From contig CAUPSL010001324.1 of assembly GCA_963514005.1 (NCBI GenBank), positions 1-64,000 of the forward strand: DNA of 64,000 nucleotides, in the 5' to 3' direction. The notes beneath the pieces are model-generated. The model made no database searches, was not told where the DNA came from, and saw nothing but the letters and a program-made list of their open reading frames with translations. Source of the DNA: Raja brachyura (taxonomy: Eukaryota). Each line of letters opens with the position of its first letter. Position 1 is the stretch's first letter. A program made the position numbers and the translations under genes. Shown piece by piece: positions 11,572 to 26,100 of this stretch.

Positions 11572-14510
11572 TAGGAGGTAGTGACCTTAATATGGTCAGG
11601 TTTAATCTGCAATTGGAGAGGGAGAAGGGTAGATCGGAGGTGTCAGTGTTACAGTTGAATAAAGGAGACTATGGAGACATGAGGGAGGGGCTAGGCCAAA
11701 GTTGACTGGAAAGATACCCTAGCAGCGTTGACAGTGGAACAACAATGGCAAGTATTTCTAGGAATAATACAGAAGGTGCAGGATCAGTTCATCGGCTTGT
11801 ACTCGCTAGATCGACTTGTACTTGCTAGATCGGCTTGTACTAGAGGGGGTACAGAGAAGGTTCACCAGACTGATTCCTGGGATGTCAGGACTTTCATATG
11901 AGGACAGACTGGATAGACTCGGCTTGTACTCGCTAGAATTTAGAAGATTGAGGGGGGATCTTATAGAAACTTACAAAATCCTTAAGGGGTTGGACAGGCT
12001 AGATGCAGGAAGATTGTTCCCGATGTTGGGGAGGTCCTGAACAAGGGGTCACAGTTTAAGGGGGAAATCTTGTAGTACCGAGATGAGAAAAACATTTTTT
12101 ATACAGAGAGTGGTGAATCTCTGGAATTCACTGCCACAGAGGGGGTAGTCGAGGCCAGTTCATTGGCTATATTTAAGAGGGAGTTGGATGTGGTCCTTGT
12201 GGCTAAGGGGATCAGAGGGTATGAAGAGAAGGCAGGTACGGGATACTGAGTTGGATGATCAGCCATGATCATATTGAATGGCGGTGCAGGCTCAAAGGGC
12301 CGAATGGCCTCTACTCCTGCACCTATTTTCTATGCTTCTATTCCTAGGAGGAAGAAAGATTCCAAGGGGAGTAAGGGGCGACCATGGCTGACACGGGACG
12401 TCGGGGACAGTATAAAAATAAAAGAGAAGAAGTACAACGTAGCAAAGATGAGCGGGTAGCAAAAGGATTGGGTAATGTTTAAAGATCAACAGAAGATAAC
12501 TAAAAAGACAATACGGGGAGAAAAGATGGGGTACGAAGGTAAGCTAGCCATGAATATAAAGGTCTCATGAAAGCTTCTTTAGGTATGTGAAGAGGAAAAA
12601 ATTGGTTAAGGCCAAAGTTGGACCCTTGAAGACCGAAAAAGGTGAATTTATTATGGGGAACAAGGAAATGGCAGATGAGTTGAACAGGTACTTTGGATCC
12701 GTCTTCACTAAGGAGGACACGAACAATCTTCCTGATATAGAGGATCTGGGGTGACAGAGGAACTGAAGGAAATCCACATTAGGCAGGAAATGGTGTTGGG
12801 TAGACTGATGAATCCCCAGGGCCTGATGGTCTGCATCCCAGGGTACTTAAGGAAGTGGCTCTAGAAATCGTGGATGCTTTGGTGATAATTTTCCAATGTT
12901 CTATAGACTCAGGATCAGTTCCTGTGGATTGGAGGGTAGCTAATGTTATCCCACTTTTTAAGAAAGGCGGGAGAGAGAAACATAGAAAAATAGGTGCAGG
13001 AGTAGGCCATTCGGCCCTTCGAGCCTGCACCGCCATTCAATGTGATCATGGCTGATCATCCAACTCAGTATCCCGTACCTGCCTTCTCTCCATACCCCCT
13101 GATCCCTTTAGCCACAAGTGCCACATCTAATGCCCTCTTAAATATAGCCAATGAACTGGCCTCAACTACCTTCTGTGGCAAACGGGGAATTATAGACCAG
13201 TTAGCCCGACATCGGTGGTGGGGAAGATGCTGGAGTCAATTATAAAAGATGAAATAGCCACACATTTGGATAGCAGTAACAGGATCGGTCCGAGTCAGCA
13301 TAGATTTACGAAGGGGAAATTATGCTCGACTAATCTTCTGGAATTTTTTGAGGATGTAACTGGGAAAATGGACAAGGGAGAGCCAGTGGATGTAGTGGAC
13401 CTGGACTTTCAGGAAGCCTTTGATAAGATCCCACAGGAGATTAGTGGGCAAAATTAGGGCACATGGTATTGGGGGTAGAGTGCTGACATGGATAGAGAAG
13501 TGGTCGGCAGACAGGAAACAAAGAGTAGGGATTAACAGGTCCCTTTCAGAATGGCAGGCAGTGACTAGTGGGTTACCGCAAGGCTCGGTGCTGGGACTGC
13601 AGCTATTTACAATATACATCAATGATTTGGATGAAGGGATTCAAAGTAACATTAGCACATTTTCAGATGACACAAAGCTAGGTGGCAGTGTGAACTGTGA
13701 GGAGGATGCTATGAGCATGCAGGGTGACTTGGACAAGTTGGGGGAGTGGTCAGATGCATGGCAGATGCAGTTTAATGCGGATAAATGTGAGGTTATCCAC
13801 TTTAGTGGCAGAACAGGAAGGCAGATTAGTATCTGAATGGCGTCAAGTTGGGAAAAGGGGAAGTACAACCGGATCGGGGGGTCCTTGTTCATCAGTCTTT
13901 GAAAGTAAGCATGCAGGTACAGCAGGCAGTGAAGAAAGCGAATGGCATGTTGGCCTTTATAACAAGAGGAGTCGAGTATAGGAGCAAAGTGGTCCTTCTG
14001 CAGTTGTACAGGGCCCTAGTGAGACCACACCTGGAGTATTGTGTGCGGTTTTGGTCCCCTAATTTGATGAAGGACATTCTTGCTATTGAGGGAGTGCAGT
14101 GTAGGTTTACAAGGTTAATTTCCGGGATGGTGGGACTGTCAAACGCTGAGAGAATGGAGCGGCTGGGCTAGTGCACTCTGGAGTTTAGAAGGATGAGAGG
14201 ATATGTCATTGAAACACATAAGATTGTTAAGAAGTAGACTTAAGGAGTAGGGTCTGAAGAAGGGTTTCTGAAACGTTACCCATCTCTTTCGCTCCATAGA
14301 TGCTGCTGCACCCGCTGAGTTTCACCAGCATTTTGTGTACCCTAAGATTGTTAAGGGTTTGGTCATGCTGGAGGCAGGAAACATTTTCCCGATGTTGGGG
14401 GAGTCCAGAACCAGGGGCCACAGTTTAAGAACAAGGAGTAAGCCATTTAGAACGGAGACGATGAAAAACTTTTTCTCACAGAGAGTTTTGAGTCTGTGGA
14501 ATTCTCTGTG
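11572..14510 (+). mobile_element. Long degenerate CR1 ORF2 segment including the RT core, with nested CR1 copies (11820-12340 plus, 12976-13181 minus)
   Basis: SPGPDGLHPRVL, DWRVANVIPLFKKG, LDFQEAFDK, PQGSVLG, FSDDTKL. Confidence 0.92.
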
Positions 14511-14835
14511 GAGTGAAGGAAATGGGCGACGTTTCGGGTCGAGACCCTTCTTCAGACTGATGTGAGGGGGGGGGGGGGGACACGAAGGGTCTGGACTCAG
14601 CCTCAGCTCAAACGCTCCCACGTTGCCTAACTTTCTTGGGAGTTTTGGAAATTCCAAAGGTGGTGAAACACAGTGCATCATTGAATTCTTTGTCCCTTAT
14701 ATCTTGTTACTATTCCTCTGCCAGCAGTCTATGCTGGGGAACTTTTTTTAATCCCCCAATGTGAAGCAATATTTTGTGTTAGCAAAACCACAACTTCCTG
14801 CACACGGCGTGTCGTATTACCGCCTAGCATTTATC

Positions 14836-15413
14836 GTTAGAATTTAGAAGATTGAGGGGGGGACCTTATAGAGACTTACAAAATTCTTGAGGGGTTGGAC
14901 AGGCTAGATGCAGGAAGATTGTTCCCGAGGGTACACAAAAGGCTGGAGACACAAAAGGCTTGAAGAAGGGTCTCGACCCGAAACGTCGCCTATCTCCTTC
15001 GCTCCTTAGATGCTGCTGCACCCGCTGAGTTTCTCCAGCCTTTTGTGTACCCCTCGATTCTCCAGCATCTGCAGTTCCTTCTTTAACAAGATTCTTCCCG
15101 ATGTTGGGGAAGTCCAGGACAAGGGGTCGCAGTTTAAGGATAAGGGGGAAGTCTTTTAGGACCGAGATGAGAAAAACATTTTTCACACAGAGAGTGGTGG
15201 GTCTGTGGAATTCTCTGCCACAGAGGGTAGTTGAGGCCGGTTCATTGGCTATATTTAAGAGGGAGTTAGATGTGGCTAAAGGGATCAGTGGGTATGGAGA
15301 GAGGGCAGGTACGGGATACTGAGTTGGATGATCAGCCATGATCATATTGAATGGCGGTGCAGGCTCGAAGGGCCGAATGGCCTCTACTCCTGCACCTATT
15401 TTCTATGTTTCTA
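14836..15413 (+). mobile_element. CR1 3' fragment with Penelope insertion
   Basis: ORF 15101..15322 and 3' tail. Confidence 0.85.
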
Positions 15414-15875
15414 TCTGTTTATTTATGTGCGTATATATATGGTCTATGCTATATAAATGCACTGAACTGTACTGTATTTATGCTTACGATACTCTGTTCT
15501 GCCACAGCAAGCAGGAATTTATTTGTCCTATCTGGGACGCATGACAATAAACTCACCTGACTTGACTTGAGAACATACAAACTCTGTACAGACAGTGCCA
15601 GAGGTCAGGATCGAACCTGGGTCTCGAGCACTGTGAAGGTTCACGGACTAATTCACGGCCTTTTTTACACGTGGACATTTTTCATCAGGCTAGGAAAAAA
15701 AACGCCCCGACCTGCTTGATGCCACGAGTAGCTAGGACTAGCATCACGACCTACCTACGACTTCCCACGACCTCGTGACGACCATGCCGTGAGTATGAGT
15801 CAAGGACAAACTCGCAGAGGTCGTGAATTAGGTCATGAAATTGGGACAGGCATTGAAGGCAGTAACTCTGCCGCT

Positions 15876-16443
15876 GTTAAAGAAGGAACTGCAGATGCTG
15901 GAGAATCGAGGGTTACACACAAAAGGCTGGAGAAACTCAGCGGGTGCAGCAGCATCTAAGGAGCGAAGGAGATACGCGACGTTTCGGGTCGAGACCCTTC
16001 TTCAGACTGGTTGGGGATCAGGGAAACGAGAAATGTGGAGAGATAAAGAACAATGAATGAAAGATATGCAAAAAAGTATCGATGATAAAGGAAACAGGCC
16101 ATTGTAAGCTGTTTGTAGTGTGAAAATGAGACTTGGGTAGGGGAGAGATAGAGAGAGAGGGAATGCCAGGGCCCGAGGGCTGAGGGAGAGGTGGGAAGGG
16201 GAGGAGGCAGCAAGGGTTAACAGAATTGAGAAAATTCAATGTTTAAGCCCAGAGGATGCAGACTCCCCAAGCGGAATATGAGGTGCTGCTCCTCCAACTT
16301 GCGGTGTTGCTCACTCTGGCCGTGGAGGAGGCCCAGGACCGGGAGGTCGGATACGGATACGGAATGGGAGGGGGAGTTGAAGTGCTGAGCCGCCGGGAGG
16401 TCGGGTTGGTTATTGCGGACCGAGAGGAGGCCCAGGACCGAGA
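15876..16443 (-). mobile_element. Penelope-like 3' fragment
   Basis: [25 protein letters not shown] endonuclease C-terminus plus terminal repeat. Confidence 0.8.
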
Positions 16444-16790
16444 ACTCTACCGCTGGCCTTGGCATAATGTTTGATACAGACACTGTGGCCTGTTGCTATG
16501 CTGTGCTGTTTGATGTTCTATGAACAGCAGAGCAGACTGGATGGGCCAAATGGCCTAATCCTGCTCCTATGTATTGTCTTCTGTTTAAAAGCTGCCTGGT
16601 CAAGTTCAAGTTCAAGCGAGTTTATTGTCATGAGTCCCAGACTGGACAATTAAATTCTTGCTGAGCTTCAGCAGAACATAGATGGCATTGACTACAAAAC
16701 AGATCAGTGTGTCCATATACCATTATAAATATATACACACATGAATAAATAAACTGATAAATAAAATAAATTGTAAATAACAGATTGTCG

Positions 16791-17197
16791 TGTTAAAGAA
16801 GGAACTGCAGATGCTGGAGAATCGAGGGTTACACAAAAAGCTGGAGAAACTCAGCGGGTGCAGCAGCATCTAAGGAGCGAAGGAGATAGGCGACGTTTCG
16901 GGTCGAGACCCTTCTTCCTTTTGGCATCTGGAGCAACGGATGCAGTAGACGAGGTTGGAGGAGGTGCAGGTGAACCTCTGTCGGACTTGGAAGGACTGCT
17001 TGGGTCCCTGAAAGGAGTGGGTGGGGGAGGTGAAGGGCCAAGTGTAGCATCTCTTGCGGTTGCAAGGGAAAGTGCCCGGGGAAGGGGTGGAGCGGGAGGG
17101 AAGGGAAGAAGGGTCTCGACCCGAAACGTCGCCTATCTCCTTCGCTCCTTAGATGCTGCTGCACCCGCTGAGTTTCTCCAGCTTTTTGTACAACCCT
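16791..17197. mobile_element. Penelope fragment with inverted terminal repeats around a GIY-YIG piece
   Basis: Inverted arms of about 90 bp; the interior on minus reads RQRFTCTSSNLVYCIRCSRC. Confidence 0.8.
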
Positions 17198-17199
17198 GC

Positions 17200-17628
17200 A
17201 AATAACAGATACTGGGTTATTAATGTTCAGAGTTTTGTCCGAGCCAGGTTTAATAGCCTGATGTCTGTGGGGGAGTAGCTATTCCTGAACCTGGTCGTTG
17301 CAGTCTTCAGGCTCCTGTACCTTCTACCTGAAGGTAGCGGGGAGATGAGTGTGTGGCCAGGATGGTGTGGGTCCTTGATGATGCTTCCAGCCTTTTTGAG
17401 GCAGCGACTGCGATAGATCCCCTCGATGGAAGGAAGGTCAGAGCCGATGATGGACTGGGCAGTGTTTACCACTTTTTGTAGTCTTTTCCTCTCCAGGGCG
17501 CTGAAGTTGCCGAACCAAGCCACGATGCAACCGGTCAGCAAGCTCTCTACTGTGCTCCTGTAGAAGTTAGAGAGAGTCCTCCTTGACAAAGCGACTCTCT
17601 GTAATCTTCTCAGGAAGTAGAGGCGCTG
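17200..17628 (-). mobile_element. Rex1/Babar-like LINE 3' fragment (related pieces at about 36400-36830, 56700-57052, 59340-59615, 61260-61590)
   Basis: QRLYFLRRL...FYRSTVESLLTGCIVAWFGN...LPSGRRYRS. Confidence 0.75.
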
Positions 17629-18096
17629 ATGTGTTGGGGAGTTGGCGGGGACTTTCCGAAGCAACGAGGAAATAAGTCACAGTGTAACGTGAGCCAGGTA
17701 CATATCTTGCCCTGAGCCCTGCTAATTAAACTGTGGAGCCAACAATTAATATTAAAGGCGTACCGGGTTGAAATAAGATCACGAGGAAGCTGTGGATAAA
17801 TGGCATGTTTGTTTTGCCAGCATAACATTAAACTGCGTGTAACAAAACACGGGGCTGAACCGACAAGAAGAGTTCAAGAAGTAACTGCTGGAAAATCGAA
17901 GGTAGACAAAAATGTTGGAGAAACTCAGCGGGCGAGGCAGCATCTATGGAGCGAAGGAAATAGGCAACATTTCGGACCGAAAACCTTCTTCAGACTGAAG
18001 AAGCGTTTCGGGCCCGAAACGTTGCCTATTTCCTTCGCTCCACAGATGCTGCCTCGCCGACAAGGAAGAGATCCCTCAGTCCCAAAGAGATAGTAA

Positions 18097-18644
18097 AGGG
18101 CCTGTCCCACCAGCGTGCAACTCCATGCGATGGGCGCGACCTAACGTGGTCGCTTGAGCCGTCCGGCGTCGCGGGGCCGGTCCCACTTCGATCGCCGGAA
18201 TTGTGCGGAGTTCGTCCCGACATCGCGCGGGGCTCCGAAAAGCTATGTTCGAAAATTCCGCACGGCAACGGCTTGTCGGCTCGCAGTCGCCTCGACGCAT
18301 TACACACCGCCTCGACGTCGTGCGTCCGCGACCCTCTCTGTAGGTGCCTTCGTGACCCTCTATGTGTGTGGCTTCATGGCCCTCTCTGTGTGTGCCTCTC
18401 TCTGTATGCCCCTCTCTGTCCTGGCGAACTACCTTTAAGACTTCGCTCCAAGTTCGCCTCACTTTGCGCCGCGTTGTGCCACTAACCCGACCTCCGCGCG
18501 GCCCTCGCTGCCGGTTTGGTCGCTCTTGCCGCATGCTGGTGGGAATGGCCCTTAGTACAGGGGATCACCCGACCTCCGCGCGGCCCCCGCTTCTAGTTTG
18601 ATTGCGCTCATCGCATGGAGTCGGATGCTGGTAAGACAGGCCCT
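18097..18644. mobile_element. Harbinger-type MITE, family A
   Basis: Same TIRs and internal sequence; TSD TAA. Confidence 0.85.
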
Positions 18645-18949
18645 TAAGTAAGTAAGTCATTTTTATTTATATAGCACTTTTTAAATCAAATCACGTTGAA
18701 GACAAAGTGCTTTACAGAGAAGAAATTTAATTTCCATATAAAATTAAAAAAAAAAATAGACACAATACACTATAGGATTCAACATGAATTACCCCCCACA
18801 GCAGAATCTACGGTGAGGAAAGGCACCAGACAGTTCAGTCCTCCTCCTCCTCATAGTCCACCTGACGTTGGGGCCTATTTGTGGCCTCCACAGCCAGTCC
18901 GATGTTTTCAGGCCCTCGTTGCCGGGAAGCTGGAACTCCATGATACCCT

Positions 18950-19902
18950 GATGCAACGAGACCTGGGTGTCATGGTACACCAGTCATTGAAAGTAGGCAT
19001 GCAGGTGCAGCAGGCAGTGAAGAAAGCGAATGGTATGTTAGCATTGGGGGTTTTCAAAATGCTGGAGAAACTCAGCGGGTGCAGCAGCATCTATGGAGCG
19101 AAGGAGATAGGTAACGTTTCGGCCCGAAACCCTTCTTCAGCATTCATAGCAAAAGGATTTGAGTATAGGAGCAGGGAGGTCCTACTGCAGATGTACAGAG
19201 TTTTGGTGAGACCACACCTAGAGTATTGCGTACAGTTTTGGTCTCCTAATCTGAGGAAGGACATTCTTATCATAGAGGGAGCACAGGGAAGGTTCACCAG
19301 ACTGATTCCTGGGATGTCAGGACTGTCTTATGAACAAAGACTGCATAGACTCGGTTTATACTCTCTAGAATTTAGACTTAAACTTACAAAATTCTTAAGG
19401 AGTTGGACAGGCTAAATGCAGGAAGGTTCACCAGACTGATTCCTGGGATGTCAGGACTTTCATATGAGGAAAGACTGGATAGACTTGGCTTGTACTCGCT
19501 AGAATTTAGAAGATTGAGGGGGGATCTTATAGAAACATACAAATTTCTTAAGGGGTTGGACAGGCTAGATGCAGGAAGATTGTTCCCAATATTTGGGAAG
19601 TCCAGAACAAGGGGGCACAGTTTAAGGATAAGGGGGAAATCCTTTAGGACCGAGATGAGGAAAAACATTTTTCACACAGAGAGTGGTGCGTCTCTGGAAC
19701 TCTCTGCCACAGAGGGTAGTTGAGGCCAGTTCATTGGCTATATTTAAGAGGGAGTTAGATGTGGCCCTTGTGGCTAAAGGGATCAGGGGGTATGGAGAGA
19801 AGGCAGGTACGGGATACTGAGTTGGATGATCAGCCATGATCATATTGAATGGCGGCGCAGGCTCGAAGGGCTGAATGGCCTACACCTATTTTCTATGTTT
19901 CT
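18950..19902 (+). mobile_element. CR1 3' fragment
   Basis: ORFs 18696..19415 and 19403..19723. Confidence 0.9.
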
Positions 19903-20066
19903 AAGCCAAAGTGCTTTACAGAGAAGAAATTTGATTTCCAAACATTCATATCAAATAAAAAAAGACCCAATACACTATAGGATTCAACATGAATTCAACG
20001 GCACCTATTTTCTATGTTCTTATACTAGACAAAATAAAGGGTCCTTTAATACTGATGTCGTTACAT

Positions 20067-20072
20067 TTTATT
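20067..20072 (-). terminator. Candidate polyadenylation signal (AATAAA) of WA
   Basis: tttatt on the plus strand, about 17 nt past the stop; an ATTAAA also lies at 20045-20050. Confidence 0.5.
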
Positions 20073-20089
20073 TACAAGAAAAACAGGTC

Positions 20090-20159
20090 CTATTTTGCAT
20101 TTTCTTGTTTCCGGCCTTCAATTTTCTTAATCCTATAAACAGGTATATCAGCCTCGTTC
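20090..20159 (-). CDS. WA: WA exon 5, cytoplasmic tail [23 protein letters not shown]
   Basis: Acceptor cattttctgcag|G fits phase 2; stop TAG at 20092-20090; AATAAA follows on the minus strand. Confidence 0.7.
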
Positions 20160-23100
20160 CTGCAGAAAATGTCAACGTAAAGGAGTAAATCAGGTTAGTA
20201 ACGGAGCTAAACCATCGGCCCACAGTTCTGTCACGCATTTTAGTCAAGTCATGGATTTTGGGCGTCGGAGACTATTTTCTAAATGGGGAGAGAATCCAGA
20301 AATCGGATGTGCAAAGAGGGAGGTTGACAAAAGTGCTGGAGAAGCATAGAAACATAGACAATAGGTGCAGGAGTAGAGGCCAATCGGCCCTTCGAGCCTG
20401 CACCGCCATTCAATATGATCATGGCTGATCATCCAACTCGGTATCCCGTACCTGCCTTCTCTCCATACCCCCTGATCCCTTTAGCCACAAGGGCCACATC
20501 TAACTCTCTCTTAAATATAGCCAATGAACTGGCCTCAACTACCTTCTGTGGCAGAGAATTCCAGAGGGATCACCACTCTCTGTGTGAAAAATGTTTTTCT
20601 CATCTCGGTCCCAAAAGATTTCCCCCTTATCCTTAAACTGTGACCCCTTGTCCTGGACTTCCCCAACATCGGGAACAATCTTCCTGCATTTAGCCTGTCC
20701 AACCCCTTAAGAATCACCCGGAACGTCGCCTATCTCCTTCGCTCCTTAGATGCTGCTGCACCCGCTGAGTTTCTCCTGCTTTTTGTGTACCCTTAAGAAT
20801 TTTGTAAGTTTCTATAAGATTCCCTCTCAATCTTCTAAATTCTAGTGAGTACAAGCCGAGTCTATCCAGTCTTTCTTCATATGAAAGTCCTGCCATCCCA
20901 GGAATCAGTCTGGTGAACCTTCTCTGTACTCCCTCTATGGCAAGAATGTCTTTCCTCAGATTTGGAGACCAAAACTGTACGCAATACTCCAGGTGCGGTC
21001 TCACCAAGACCCTGCAATAAAACCTCCCTGCTCCTATACTCAAATGCTTTTGCTATGCAACTCAGCGGGTGCAGCAGCATCTATGGAGCGAAGGAAATAG
21101 GCAACATTTCAGGCCGAAACCCTTCTTCAGACAGCAAACGGAGTGCTGGTGCAGATGACCAAAAAAGGTAAATCTGGCATTTATTTTACGAGTGCTTGAA
21201 AACACAAACAGGGATGTAATTCCGAGGCTCTATAAGGAGCTGGTCAGGCAGCATTTGGAGTGTTGTGAGCAGTTTTGGGCACCGTATCTGAGGAAGGATG
21301 CGCCGGCTCTGGAGAGGGTCCAGAGGAGGTTTAGAAGAACGATCCCCAGGAACGGGCGGTTAACCCACGATTAACAAAGAACTGCGGATGCTTGTAAAAT
21401 CGAAGGTAGACAAAAATGCTGGAGAAACTCTAACCTATGTGGAATTCTCTGCCTCAGAGGGCAGTGGAGGCCGGTTCTCTGGATGCTTTCAAGAGAGAGC
21501 TAGATAGGGCTCTTAAAGATAGCGGAGTCAGGGAATATGGGGAGAAGGCAGGAACGGGGTACTGATTGGGGATGATCAGCCATGATCGCATTGAATGGCG
21601 ATGCTGGCTCGAAGGGCCAAATGGCCTCTACTCCTGCACCTGTTGTCTATTGCCTGCTGTTTTGGGTCGAAACCCTTTTTCAGACTGGAGTAAGGTCTTG
21701 GCCCAAAGCATCACCCATTCCTTCTCTCCAGAGACGCTGCCTGTCCCGATGAGGGTTTGGCGGCAAGGCCTGTGCTTGCTGGAGTTTAGAAGATTGAGGG
21801 GGGGTGGGGGGGAACCTCATTGAAAAGTACAGAACATGGGCGGAAATCCTGGGGTGGGGGGGACCCGATTCCCCCCCCCCCCCCTGCTTTGAGAGGCGGG
21901 GGACAATTCCCCCCCCCCCCCCATGTTTTGTAAACCAGACTTTATCAGCCGCTTTCTAAGGGCTGAATCGGCCTGTTCGCGGGGCCTTTCATCGCCCGGC
22001 GCGGCTTAAAATCAAACCGCTGCATCGAGGCGATCGAGGCTCCCGATGTTGAAGCCCCCGCCGGGCGATGAAAGGCCCCTCGAACGGGCCGATTCATCCC
22101 CCACGATTCGGGGGGCGGACGAAGCCGCTGTTGCTGGTGTTCGGAGTCGGTCACCAACAATGTCAGCTCCCGATGTTACCGTCCGCAGGGCCCGCGGCCG
22201 AAGCCTCGCATGTGTGCGCATGCGCGTGCGTGCGCGTGCACGCAAGAAATTGTGTCCCCCGCATGTCTTGATAGCGACTTCCGTGCCTGGTACAGAATAG
22301 TGAAAGGCCCGGATAGAGTGGATGTGGAGAGGATGTTTTCACTAGTGGGAGAGTCTAGGACCAGAGGGCGCACAGCCTCAGAATTAAAGGACGTTCCTTT
22401 AGGAAGGAGACGATGATGAATTTCTGTAGCCAGAGGGTGGTGAATCTGCGGGATTGTGTGGAGAGGATGTTTCCACTAGTGGGAGAGTCTAGGACCAGAG
22501 GGCGCACAGCCTCAGAATTAAAGGACGTTCCTTTAGGAAGGAGACGAGGATGAATTTCTGTAGCCAGAGGGTGGTGAATCTGCGGGATTGTGTGGAGAGG
22601 ATGTTTCCACTAGTGGGAAGTCTAGGACCAGAGGGCGCACAGCCTCAGAATTAAAGGACGTGCTTTTAGGAAAGAGATGAGGAGAAATTTATTTAATCAG
22701 AGGGCGGTAAATCTGCGGAATTCTTTGCCACAGATGGCGGTGGAGGCCACAAGTCAGTGGATATACTTAAGGCTGAGATAGACAGATTCTTGATTAGTGC
22801 GGGTGTCAGGGGTTATGGGGAGAAGACAGGAGAATGGGGTTGGGAGGGAGAGATAGATCAGCCGTGATTGAATGGAGGAGTAGACTCGATCATGGCCTAA
22901 TTCTGCCTATGACCTTACCTTTTGTGTATCTCCTTGCCCAAGTACAAAGTTACCAGTAGCCCAAGAATTCCCACAATAACTCCGACCACACAGACAATGA
23001 TCCCTGAGAAGTGTGTAAGAGTTGACTGATCTGCAGAATAAACCAAGGCGGCAAATTAATTCCTTATTACTTGCCGTCTACACACATAAAAACATAGAAA

Positions 23101-26100
23101 TTAGGTGCAGGAGTAGGCCATTCGGCCCTTCGAGCCTGCACCGCCATTCAATATAATCATGGCTGATCATCCAACTCAGTATCCCGTACCTGCCTTCTCT
23201 CCATACCCCCTGATCCCCTTAGCCACAAGGGCCACATCTAACTCCCTCTTAAATATAGCCAATGAACTGGCCTCAACTACCCTCTGTGGCAGAGAGTTCC
23301 AGAGACCCACTACTGTCTGTGTGAAAAAAGTCCTTCTCATCTCGGTCCTAAAGGATTTCCCCCTTATCCTTAAGCTGTGACCCCTTGTCCTGGACCTCCC
23401 CAACATCGGGAACAATCTTCCTGCATCTAGCCTGTCCAACCCCTTAAGAATCTTGTAAGTTTCTATAAGATCGCCTCTCAATCTCCTAAATTCTAGAGAG
23501 TATAAACCGAGTCTATGCAGTCTTTGTTCATAAGACAGTCCTGACATCCCAGGAATCAGTCTGGTGAACCTTCGCTGCACTCCCTCTATGGCAATAATGT
23601 CCTTCCTCAGATTTGGAGACCAGAACTGTATGTAATACTCCAGGTGTGGCCTCACCAAGACCCTATACAACTGAAGTAGAACCTCCCTGCTCCTATACTC
23701 AAATCCCTTTGCTATGAAAGCTAACATACCATTCGCATACCATTTGTCACATGCAGTGCCTTCCCCTCAGGCCCACTCCCCCTTAGTCAAATGCCCCTGT
23801 CCCACTTTGGAAACCTGAATGGAATCCTCTGGAGACTCTGCGCCCCACCTAAGGTTTCCGTGCGGTTCCCGGAGGTTTTCGTCCTCCGGCAACCACCTTC
23901 AACTAGCATCGCAACCGCCTTCGACTGCAAAATTACCGATTTTTAAAACGGAAACCACTTTCGACCATTAGGGAGACTGACAAAAACCTCCGGGAACCGC
24001 ACGGAAACCTTGGGTGGGGCGCAAAGTCTCCAGGGGTTTCCGTTCAGGTTTCCTAAGTGGGACAGGGGCATTGGGGTGATACCGCGTGAAAAGAGGCCCT
24101 TGGGCCCAACTTGCCCACACTGGCCAACATGTCCCAGCTACACTAGTCCCACCTGCCTGCGTTTGGCCTGTGAGGGATAAAGTGATTAAAACCCACTATT
24201 GTAAGGATTCAGGAGAGGATTCTAACTTGTAAACAGGATTCTAGCCGATAGAGGCCAGGGAGAGGATGCTGACACAGCTGTGAATTAAGTTACCAAAACT
24301 GTCCTTGAGTAAGGATTGATGGCATTGTATAGCGGTAGAGACTAGTGCTGGATGGGACCCTTATCAGTAGAGACTAGTGAGGAATGGGACCCTTGTCAGT
24401 AGAGACTAGCTTTAGTTCAGATATAAAAAAACTGAGACAGGTCAGTTGGAGGTGAGAAAACTAGGCCAGGTCAATTGCAACTGGGCATGCTTAATGAAAT
24501 AAATGAATATTACTTACACACCCCTAGTCGAGAAATTGCTCATTATCATGAACATGCTATGTATGATGTGGGAGGTACTGGGGGACGTACCCATAGACTG
24601 TCCACCTCAGTGCTCTGATTGGGAAGAGCAAGAAGGGGAGGTTAAGCCAGCAGAATTGTGTGTATAAAGGGGCTTTACTTTTCTGACTTCGGTGAGTCTC
24701 AATTTGGAGAGGCACCCGATTCTGCAGACTCACAAATAAAAAGCATCTCTTGTTTCGATGATTTAGTCTCTGAGCAGTGATTGTGAGCACAAACTATATC
24801 TCACAGGCCCATATCCCTCCAATCCTTCGTCCTATCCATGTACCTGTCCAACTGTTTCTTAAACGTTGGGATAGTCACAGCCTCAACTACCTCCTCCGGC
24901 AGCTCGTTCCACACACCCACCACCCTCTGTGTGGAAAGGTTACCCCTCAGATTCCTATTAAATCTTTTCCCCTTCACCTTGAGCCTTAGCCCTTCTGGGC
25001 AGGAGACTGTGCATCTGCCCGATCTATTTCTATGATCTTAAACACATCTACAAGATCACCCCTCATCCTCCTGCGCTCCAAGGAATAGAGACCCAGCCTA
25101 CTTAACCATTGGCCATATTAAAAGAGGGAGTTAGATGTGGCCCTTGTGGCTAAAGGGATCAGGGGGTTTGGAGAGAAGGTACGGGATACTGAGTTGGATG
25201 ATCAGCCGTGATCACATTGAATGGCGGTGCAGGCTCGAAGGGCCGGATGGCCTCTACTCCTGCAACTATTGTCTATGTCACAATGAGTGCTGTTAACGTG
25301 CATTTTGTGTTAACCATATAACCATATTACAATTACAGCACGGAAACAGGCCTTCTCGGCCCTTCCAGTCCATGCCGAACACTTACTCTCACCTAGCCTC
25401 ACCTACCTGCACTCAGACCATAACCCTCCATTCCCTTCCCGTCCATATATCTATCCACAGGCCTTCTCGGCCCTTCCAGTCCGTGCCGACCATTTATTTT
25501 CCCCTAGTCCCATCTACCTGCACTCAGACCATAACCCTCCATTCCCTTCCCGTCCATATACCTATCCACTTTACTTTTAAATGTTAAAATCGATCCTGCC
25601 TCCACCACTTCTGCAGGAAGATCATTCCACACAGCCACCACTCTCTGAGTAAAGAAGTTCCCCCTCATGTTACCCCTAAACTTCTGTCCCTTAATTCTCA
25701 TGTCATGCCCTCTTGTTTGAATCTTCCCTACCCTCAATGGGAAAAGCTTATCCACGTCAACTCTGTCTATCCCTTTCATCATTTTAAAGACCTCAATCAA
25801 GTCCCCCCTTAACCTTCTGCGCTCCAAAGAATAAAGACCTAACTTGTTCAACTTTTCTCTGTAACTTAGTTGCTGGAACCAGGCAACATTCTAGTAAAAC
25901 TCCTCTGTACTCTCTCTATTTTGTTGACATCCTTCCTATAATTAGGCGACCAAAATTGTACACCATACTCCAGAATTGGTCTCACCAATGCCTTGTACAA
26001 TTTTAACATGACTTCCCTCCTCCTATATTCAATGCTCTGATTTATAAAGGCCAGCACACCAAAAGCTTTCTTTACCACCCTATCTACATGCGATTCCACC

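Noticed and set aside
20090-20159. Tyrosine sorting or ITIM motif in the WA tail (PVYRIK)
   Set aside because: The Y+3 residue is Lys, so it fits neither YxxPhi nor ITIM consensus
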